Source: Eledone cirrhosa (Eukaryota). From it: a stretch of DNA of 64,000 nt. The position numbers and the translations under genes were made by a program. Under the pieces are notes generated by a model. The model was not told where the DNA came from. It ran no database searches and saw only the letters and a list, made by a program, of their open reading frames with translations. This document shows, piece by piece, positions 55,441 through 64,000 of this stretch; the first letter of the stretch is position 1, and each line of letters begins with the position of its first letter. Location: the NCBI GenBank assembly GCA_964016885.1, contig OZ024745.1:3348001-3412000 (forward strand). Direction: 5' to 3'.

Positions 55441-55532
55441 GTCACCAACACTAGGGAAGTTGTGTCACCAACACTAGGGAAGTTATGTCACCAATGCTAG
55501 GGAAGTTATGTCACCAACACTAGGGAAGTTGT
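55441..55532. repeat. 23-bp tandem repeat, 4 units (GTCACCAACACTAGGGAAGTTRT)
   Basis: gtcacc at 55441, 55464, 55487 and 55510. Confidence 0.9.
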
Positions 55533-55795
55533 GATGTTGACACAACTAAGAAGTCCTACCAATCTCCAGTTTGGTAGGTTTCCTACTAAATGTTTCACTA
55601 GTATACTATTAGAGAATCTGTTATCACTTTACAGATGACTCATAATTCTTCAGTTAAAATATTTTCTAGCTTTTCTTTATAAATATTGTTTTTGCCACTA
55701 TTCAATATATAGATTTTATTCATAGACATTTAAAAAAAAAATTTTTTTACATTTTCCTGTATATAGCTGCTATAAATTATGTTTTTATATTTATA

Positions 55796-56295
55796 CAGGG
55801 TGTCTCCAAAACATTATCATTTCAGATGTAAATATCTGACTAATGACATCTTCTCTTCTTGAGTCCATCAAAGGTGAAACATTCATTTGACTTTTTCTAA
55901 CAGCTAGAATATACAGTATGTGGTTCACCACATGGTCTAGTCGAATAAAACCAAACAGGCTTAACCCTTTAGCATTCAAACCGGCCGTATCTGGCCAGAA
56001 ATGCCTCACTTCTTTCTGTTCAAACCAGTTGAAACTGGCCACTGATACTGATGTTAAGGTATTGTTCTCAAAATAAATAATATCAAAATCTCATAGATTC
56101 AATATTATGTGAGGTAAAGCCTTTATTGTGAAAATACAATAGTATATATAGAGTAATGTAAATGGTAAAGGGTTAATGTTGAGTAAAAGAAGATTTATTC
56201 ATCAAATTTTGAATGAGAAATTCAAAGGTAGATTTCATACTTTTGAATTTCTCATTAAAATTTTGAAATGGTGTCAATTTTTCTGAAACACCAAG
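55796..56295. mobile_element. Possible non-autonomous Tc1/mariner-like element hosting a nested MITE
   Basis: TA-CAGGGTGTCTCCAAAA ... TTTTCTGAAACACCAAG-TA imperfect TIRs; shares a ~40-bp motif with 62639-62677. Confidence 0.4.
55965..56172. mobile_element. piggyBac-like MITE, second copy
   Basis: TTAA-CCCTTTAGCATTCA ... TAAATGGTAAAGGG-TTAA; interior aligns with 16678-16864. Confidence 0.9.
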
Positions 56296-56402
56296 TATAT
56301 CTAGAACAGTGTTCATCCCTCTTTAATCTAAAGTCATAGAAGTTAATATGAGAAGCTAATGAAACTGTTTCATCCATGTTATAGTGTTTACAGCTAAATG
56401 TA

Positions 56403-56619
56403 CAGTGGAACCTCCACTCATGAACTTAATTCTTTCCTGATGGCCAGTGAGAGATTATGTGTGAAAAACATAGTAACTAACTATAAAACATGTGATGCTT
56501 TTCCACCAATACTCCAAGCTTGTTGCCAGCTTGTGTGTTTATTACTTGAGACTCCATTCATGAACTAAGAAGGAAAAATCGTTCATGATGAGAGACGTCC
56601 GTGAACCAAGGTTCCGCTG
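56403..56619. mobile_element. pogo/Tigger-like MITE with TA target duplication
   Basis: TA-CAGTGGAACCT ... AGGTTCCGCTG-TA. Confidence 0.75.
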
Positions 56620-56664
56620 TACTTCATTATAGTTTTCGTAATGGACACAACACAGCATTTGATG

Positions 56665-58953
56665 GGATATAGTCACCAACCTTACTAGTTATTATGATAT
56701 AGTCACCAACCTTACTAGTTATTAGGATATAGTCACCAACTTTACTAGTTATTAGGATTTAGTCACCAACTTTACTAGTTATTAGGATATAGTCACCGAC
56801 TTTACTAGTTATTAGGATATAGTCACCAACTTTACTAGTTATTAGGATATAGTCACCGACTTTACTAGTTATTAGGATATAGTCACCAACTTTACTAGTT
56901 ATTAGGATATAGTCACCGACTTTACTAGTTATTAGGATATAGTCACCAACTTTACTAGTTATTAGGATATAGTCACCAACCTTACTAGTTATTAGGATAT
57001 AGTCACCAACCTTACTAGTTATTAAGATATAGTCACCAACCTTACTAGTTATTAGGATATAGTCACCAACTTTACTAGTTATTAGGATATAGTCACCGAC
57101 TTTACTAGTTATTAGGATATAGTCACCAACTTTACTAGTTATTAGGATATAGTCACCGACTTTACTAGTTATTAGGATATAGTCACCAACTTTACTAGTT
57201 ATTAGGATATAGTCACCAACTTTACTAGTTATTAGGATATAGTCACCAACTTTACTAGTTATTAGGATATAGTCACCAACTTTACTAGTTATTAGGATAT
57301 AGTCACCAACTTTACTAGTTATTAGGATATAGTCACCAACCTTACTAGTTATTAGGATATAGTCACCAACTTTACTAGTTATTAGGTTATAGTCACCAAC
57401 CTTACTAGTTATTAGGATATAGTCACCAACTTTACTAGTTATTAGGGTATAGTCACCAACTTTACTAGTTATTAGGATATAGTCACCAACTTTACTAGTT
57501 ATTAGGGTATAGTCACCAACTTTACTAGTTATTAGGGATATAGTCACCAACTTTACTAGTTATTAGGGATATAGTCACCAACTTTACTAGTTATTAGGGA
57601 TATAGTCACCAACTTTACTAGTTATTAGGATATAGTCACCAACCTTACTAGTTATTAGGATATAGTCACCGACTTTACTAGTTATTAGGATATAGTCACC
57701 AACCTTACTAGTTATTAGGGTATAGTCACCAACTTTACTAGTTATTAGGATATAGTCACCGACTTTACTAGTTATTAGGATATAGTCACCAACCTTACTA
57801 GTTATTAGGATATAGTCACCAACTTTACTAGTTATTAGGGTATAGTCACCGACTTTACTAGTTATTAGGATATAGTCACCAACTTTACTAGTTATTAGTG
57901 TATAGTCACCAACTTTACTAGTTATTAGGATATAGTCACCAACTTTACTAGTTATTAGGTTATAGTCACCGACTTTACTAGTTATTAGGATATAGTCACC
58001 AACTTTACTAGTTATTAGGATATAGTCACCAACCTTACTAGTTATTAGGATATAGTCACCAACTTTACTAGTTATTAGGATATAGTCACCAACCTTACTA
58101 GTTATTAGGATATAGTCACCAACTTTACTAGTTATTAGGGTATAGTCACCAACTTTACTAGTTATTAGGATATAGTCACCAACTTTACTAGTTATTAGGT
58201 TATAGTCACCGACTTTACTAGTTATTAGGGTATAGTCACCAACTTTACTAGTTATTAGGATATAGTCACCGACTTTACTAGTTATTAGTGTATAGTCACC
58301 AACTTTACTAGTTATTAGGATATAGTCACCAACTTTACTAGTTATTAGTGTATAGTCACCAACTTTACTAGTTATTAGGATATAGTCACCAACTTTACTA
58401 GTTATTAGGTTATAGTCACCGACTTTACTAGTTATTAGGATATAGTCACCAACTTTACTAGTTATTAGGATATAGTCACCAACCTTACTAGTTATTAGGA
58501 TATAGTCACCAACTTTACTAGTTATTAGGATATAGTCACCAACCTTACTAGTTATTAGGATATAGTCACCAACTTTACTAGTTATTAGGGTATAGTCACC
58601 AACTTTACTAGTTATTAGGATATAGTCACCAACTTTACTAGTTATTAGGTTATAGTCACCGACTTTACTAGTTATTAGGGTATAGTCACCAACTTTACTA
58701 GTTATTAGGATATAGTCACCGACTTTACTAGTTATTAGTGTATAGTCACCAACTTTACTAGTTATTAGGATATAGTCACCAACTTTACTAGTTATTAGGT
58801 TATAGTCACCGGCTTTACTAGTTATTAGGATATAGTCACCAACTTTACTAGTTATTAGGATATAGTCACCAACCTTACTAGTTATTAGGGTATAGTCACC
58901 AACCATACTAGTTATTAGGATATAGTCACCAACCTTACTAGTTATTAGGATAT
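56665..58953. repeat. 30-bp satellite, left arm (GATATAGTCACCAACTTTACTAGTTATTAG), ~76 units
   Basis: 30-bp period; three 31-bp units near 57540-57600. Confidence 0.99.
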
Positions 58954-60834
58954 AATAATAATAATAATAATAATGAAATTATGTGTAAAGTGCTCAGGTG
59001 CACTACAACTCGTCAATATAGTACATAGAATAATACACAAATGTCAGGGAAGTACATGTGTGTATGTGTTAGCTGTAGTGTTGGCGGATCTCGGGAAGCA
59101 TGGAGGCCTTAAAGGGTGCAGTGTCTCGACAGCTAACAACTGATGCAGGTAGTTTGTTCCATGCTTCAGCAACTCTGAGCGTGAAAAAATGTTTCCGAAA
59201 GTCATGGGAACTGTGCTGTTTTCTTACTTTGTGGGCATGTCCACGTGTGTTAGACACATGGAAATCGAAAAGGTACTCAGGGTTGTTGTTGGCAACATGG
59301 TTAACAATTTTGTGGGTGTTTACCAAGTCAGTTGCCAGGCGTCGGAGCTTCAATGAATCCATGCCCAGGGAAGCAGGGCGCTCAGAGTATGGTAGATGCC
59401 TGATGGAGGGTATTCGCTTGGTTGCACGTCTCTGAACAGTTTCCAGGCGGTCAATGTCCTGAGCAAGATAGGGGTTCCAGACTGGTGATGCAAATTCTAA
59501 GTGTGGTCGCACCATAGCTGTATACAGCCTTAAATAGATATCTGGAGAGCGGCTGACAAAGGTCTTGCTGAGTGATGCTAAGACACCCTCGGCCCTCTTG
59601 ACAATTTTAGAGACGTGCCTCGTCCAACGCAAATCGCTGCTGACCGTAATGCCCAGGTCACGTTCACAGGAAGACTTGTTGATATTAGTGCTGTGCAGGG
59701 AGTATGTGGACGCTGGGTTTTTACTACCAAAATGCATGGCGGTGCACTTGTCCACAGCTAGCTTGAGTTGCCAGTCTGAGATCCATTGTTGCATTGTGTC
59801 CAGGTCAGACTGCAAGCAAGATCTATAGTGTTCAGGATCTGCCCTTTTTATCTCAAGGTACAGCTTGATGTCGTCTGCGTACTTTAGTACTGTGGCATTC
59901 CTTAAGTTGGCATCTATGTCATTAATATATGCCACAAACAAAAGGGGGCCAAGAACAGATCCCTGAGGTACACCAGATGACATCTCATATGGTGAAGAAT
60001 GCTGTCCCAGAACCGTGACTACCTCTCTTCGACTGAGAATGAAGGACTTCAACCAGTTAAAAAGATCATCCTTCACACCCATTGCAGAGAGTTTTGCCAT
60101 AAGCCTTTTGTGTGGCACAGAATTGAAGGCCTTCGCAAAGTCAAGGTAAACAACATCCACCCATGAGCCGCCATCAGTGATCCGGGTGATGTCCTCAAGA
60201 AACTCTATAAGTTGATCACAGCAGCTGGAGTTGGGGATAAATCCAAATTGCGAGGGCCGGATAAGACTGTGAGAGCTCCAGAAGTTCCAAAGTGTTTCTC
60301 TGACACAGGATTCCATCAGTTTGGCGATGCAACTAGTAAGACTGACTGGACGATAGTTCACAGGTGATGTGCGGTCACCCTTTTTGAACAGAGGAATGAC
60401 ACTGGCAGTTTTCCACTGTTCTGGAGTAGCACTGTTGTTGCGAAGAGGACCAACTGGAGAGTGAGGCCTCTGCTTTGAGTGAACATACTTCCAGAACACC
60501 TTACTGTCAGGGCTGGTTGCTATGCGCTGCTCAAATTGAAGCACTGCCTTTTTTGTCACCTGTTTGAGGTGGTTGGACGATCTATTTCGCCTCTTCCTAT
60601 TAATGTCTGATTTGTGAAGTTTGTACTCACGTTCAGCATTGCGCTGTTCTCTTCTGGCAAGACGGACTGCTGCAGTCTCCCAAATTGCGCTTTTGGGATG
60701 TTTTTTCCGCTTACGTGGCACCGATGCTGCACATGCTGTCCATATTGAGCTCAGGATGTTCTGGAGTACAGTGTTGACATCTCCAGAGTCATAGAACTCA
60801 AGCCAGTTTGGCCGTTGCAACTCGGTGCAGTAAC
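58953..60834 (-). mobile_element. CR1-clade LINE, 5'-truncated, inserted in the 30-bp satellite
   Basis: (TAA)n tail at 58953-58973, 3' UTR, RT ORF; satellite on both sides. Confidence 0.96.
59069..60820 (-). CDS. CR1-type ORF2 reverse transcriptase (5'-truncated, probable internal deletion)
   Basis: WKTASVIPLFKKG, NYRPVSLTS, QFGF, YLDFAKAFNSVPH, SGVPQGSVLGPLLF, YADD, ERDLGI, VRPHLEFASPVWNP, FFTLRVAEAWNKLP. Confidence 0.9.
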   Translation of the reverse strand: MQRPNWLEFYDSGDVNTVLQNILSSIWTACAASVPRKRKKHPKSAIWETAAVRLARREQRNAEREYKLHKSDINRKRRNRSSNHLKQVTKKAVLQFEQRIATSPDSKVFWKYVHSKQRPHSPVGPLRNNSATPEQWKTASVIPLFKKGDRTSPVNYRPVSLTSCIAKLMESCVRETLWNFWSSHSLIRPSQFGFIPNSSCCDQLIEFLEDITRITDGGSWVDVVYLDFAKAFNSVPHKRLMAKLSAMGVKDDLFNWLKSFILSRREVVTVLGQHSSPYEMSSGVPQGSVLGPLLFVAYINDIDANLRNATVLKYADDIKLYLEIKRADPEHYRSCLQSDLDTMQQWISDWQLKLAVDKCTAMHFGSKNPASTYSLHSTNINKSSCERDLGITVSSDLRWTRHVSKIVKRAEGVLASLSKTFVSRSPDIYLRLYTAMVRPHLEFASPVWNPYLAQDIDRLETVQRRATKRIPSIRHLPYSERPASLGMDSLKLRRLATDLVNTHKIVNHVANNNPEYLFDFHVSNTRGHAHKVRKQHSSHDFRKHFFTLRVAEAWNKLPASVVSCRDTAPFKASMLPEIRQHYS

Positions 60835-61713
60835 AGTTATTAGGGTATAGTCACCAACCTTACTAGTTATTAGGGTACAGTCACCAACCTTACTAGTTAT
60901 TAGGGTATAGTCACCGACCTTGCTAGTTATTAGGGTATAGTCACCAACCTTACTAGTTATTAGGATATAGTCCCCAACCTTACTAGTTATTAGGGTATAG
61001 TCACCAACCTTACTAGTTATTAGGGTATAGTCACCAACCTTACTAGTTATTAGGGTATAGTCACCAACGTTACTAGTTATTAGGGTATAGTCACCAACCT
61101 TACTAGTTATTAGGGTATAGTCACCAACGTTACTAGTTATTAGGGTATAGTCACCAACCTTACTAGTTATTAGGGTATAGTCACCAACGTTACTAGTTAT
61201 TAGGGTATAGTCACCAACCTTACTAGTTATTAGGGTATAGTCACCAACGTTACTAGTTATTAGGGTATAGTCACCAACCTTACTAGTTATTAGGTTATAG
61301 TCACCAACCTTACTAGTTATTAGGGTATAGTCACCAACGTTACTAGTTATTAGGGTATAGTCACCAACCTTACTAGTTATTAGGGTATAGTCACCAACGT
61401 TACTAGTTATTAGGGTATAGTCACCAACCTTACTAGTTATTAGGGTATAGTCACCAACGTTACTAGTTATTAGGGTATAGTCACCAACCTTACTAGTTAT
61501 TAGGGTATAGTCACCAACGTTACTAGTTATTAGGGTATAGTCACCGACTTTACTAGTTATTAGGATATAGTCACCAACTTTACTAGTTATTAGGGTATAG
61601 TCACCAACTTTACTAGTTATTAGGGTATAGTCACCAACTTTACTAGTTATTAGGATATAGTCACCAACTTTACTAGTTATTAGGGTATAGTCACCAACCT
61701 TACAACTAGTTAT
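60835..61713. repeat. 30-bp satellite, right arm, ~29 units
   Basis: Same unit with gggtat dominant and alternating aacct/aacgt. Confidence 0.99.
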
Positions 61714-61809
61714 CAAGTTAGTATCAACTGGGACATCAGAGTTGACAATATTAGGAAACTGCTTGAGAGTGGCAGTTTGACACTAGTATTTATTTGGCTC
61801 TTTACATTC

Positions 61810-61940
61810 CCATCAAGCTCAACTTTGCATTTCATCCTTCTAGGGTTGATAAAGTACCAGTTAAGTACTGGGGTTGATCTAATCAACATTGCCCTTCCTC
61901 GTAAAATTTGACCTCTTGTCTAAATTAGAAATCAATATTA
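61810..61940 (+). mobile_element. SINE core/tail fragment
   Basis: tcaactttgcatttcatccttctagggttgataaagtaccagttaagtactggggttgat. Confidence 0.75.
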
Positions 61941-62199
61941 TAGAAATGTCTTGTTATATTTTAGTTCAATGTTTTTATGGTCAGTATTTAAATGAGGGAG
62001 TGGTCAACTTTACCTTTGATACACCCAATTTCAACAAGACAAGTCCTGTTTAAATACTAGATGTGTCACCTTGTGCCAAAATCAATATTATAATATATTA
62101 GCATATTCTATGTATAAGAAACATTTAATTGTATTCACACATTCATTGAGTGAATATAAAATCTATTGTAATATTGTTTGTATGGGTGAATCTGCAACA

Positions 62200-62500
62200 C
62201 CTGATGTAGCTGTAGGAGAATGATAGTGACATATGGCACTTGGTAGGTCTTTTTTAAACTGGCAGAACCCATCCCCTCTCCAGGCTGGAACACAGTTGAT
62301 TTCTTCCAAAGGAGATAGAAAAACTGATAGAGGGGAAGCAAGAAAGAGATAGAGGGGAAGACTCGACCCCAGTATTGGACTGGTACTTCTTTTTATAAAC
62401 CTTGAAAGGATGAAAGGCAAAGTTGACCTCATATGAACACAGACTGCAAAGAGCTGGAAGGAATACCTCAAAGCATTCCATCCTATGTTCTAACAACTCT
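62200..62500 (-). mobile_element. tRNA-derived SINE (long form), diverged
   Basis: gaccccagtattggactggtact...aaaggatgaaaggcaaagttgacctc; body aligns with 28800-29040. Confidence 0.75.
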
Positions 62501-62692
62501 AATTCAACGCCTCATCCTAACATTACAAAAACTAAACATCTTAGTTTAGTCTTTAATCTCAAGAAACTCCATAAATTAAGATGTAAATATCCCAGAAACT
62601 ACAAAGTCTATGGCAACAAGACTTAACAGACTTAATGTAAGATTTATTCCTCAAATTTTGAATGAGAAATTCAAAGGATTGCATGAATGATT

Positions 62693-62920
62693 TCATAAAT
62701 TTTCAATATGCTGACCACTTGAAATAAGACACATGTCTTGTCACTAGTCTAGCTTCTTTCAAACATATTGCAGCAGATTTTGATTAACAGTGTCCAGTAT
62801 GGCACTGGTTCTCTGCTTGAGTTCCTCTATGTTTGCAGGAAGAGTGGGGAGGGAGCTGGGACATAGATCAGTTCATTCGCATTAACCTTAGGGAAAAAAT
62901 AGCTAGGTGTCAGGTGATGT
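62693..62920 (-). pseudogene. Tc1/mariner-superfamily transposase C-terminal relic
   Basis: Minus-strand translation: SPD/T..FF...IYVP..LPANIEELKQRTSAILDTVNQNLLQYV*KKLD**QDMCLISSGQHIENL*, resembling the SPDLTPxDFFLWG...G.HIEHL ending. Confidence 0.7.
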
Positions 62921-62951
62921 CACTGTAGACACCATTTTAACAGCAGTGTCT

Positions 62952-64000
62952 TCACCAGCAACACACCCAATATCACCACCACCACCAACACACCCAATAT
63001 CACCACCACCACCAACACACCCAATATCACCACCACCACCAACACACCCAATATCACCACCACCAACACACCCAATATCACCACCACCACCAACACACCC
63101 AATATCACCACCACCAACACACCCAATATCACCACCACCACCAACACACCCAATATCACCACCACCAACACACCCAATATCACCACCACCACCAACACAC
63201 CCAATATCACCACCACCACCAACACTCCCAATATCACCACCACCACCAACACACCCAATATCACCATCACCAACACACCCAATATCACCACCACCAACAC
63301 ACCCAATATCACCACCACCAACACACCCAATATCACCACCACCACCAACACACCCAATATCACCACCACCACCAACACACCCAATATCACCACCACCACC
63401 AACACACCCAATATCACCACCACCAACACACCCAATATCACCACCACCACCAACACACCCAATATCACCACCACCACCAACACACCCAATATCACCACCA
63501 CCAACACACCCAATATCACCACCACCACCAACACACCCAATATCACCACCACCACCAACACTCCCAATATCACCACCACCACCAACACACCCAATATCAC
63601 CACCACCAACACACCCAATATCACCACCACCACCAACACACCCAATATCACCACCACCACCAACACACCCAATATCACCACCACCACCAACACACCCAAT
63701 ATCACCACTACCAACACACCCAATATCACCACCACCAACACACCCAATATCACCACCACCACCAACACACCCAATATCACCACCACCAACACACCCAATA
63801 TCACCACCACCACCAACACACCCAATATCACCACCACCACCAACACACCCAATATCACCACCACCACCAACACACCCAATATCACCACCACCAACACACC
63901 CAATATCACCACCACCACCAACACACCCAATATCACCACCACCACCAACACACCCAATATCACCACCACCACCAACACACCCAATATCACCACTACCAAC
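62952..64000. repeat. 24/27-bp minisatellite ((CAC)3-4 CAACACACCCAATAT), open at the right edge
   Basis: Unit length toggles by one CAC triplet. Confidence 0.98.

Noticed and set aside
56759-61716. (VGDYILITSK)n repeat protein
   Set aside because: 30-bp satellite with frameshifting 31-bp units and a LINE inserted in the middle
62920-63999. (VVVVILGVL)n hydrophobic protein, or a Thr/Pro-rich frame on the plus strand
   Set aside because: Frame is preserved only because CAC triplets slip; no unique coding flank; adjoins a transposase relic

Overview
Repeat-saturated animal (metazoan) genomic DNA with no convincing host gene. The SINE, MITE and RTE motifs resemble what I recall from cephalopod (Octopus-like) genomes, which is an inference. 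About two-thirds of the window is tandem arrays with units of 26, 18, 52, ~30, 11, 61, 30 and 24/27 bp. Interleaved are three co-oriented copies of an RTE-clade LINE (one with an open RT frame containing a PHD-like finger), two copies of a CR1-clade LINE, tRNA-derived SINEs, TTAA- and TA-flanked MITEs, and hAT and Tc1/mariner transposase relics. Main observation: a 20.6-kb satellite of ~337 x 61 bp sits inside the 3' end of a CR1-type LINE. Its unit is exactly the CATG-to-CATG segment between the arms of a perfect 10-bp inverted repeat (GAAGCATGGA/TCCATGCTTC). An unexpanded copy of the same LINE lies ~5 kb away, itself inserted in a different satellite.
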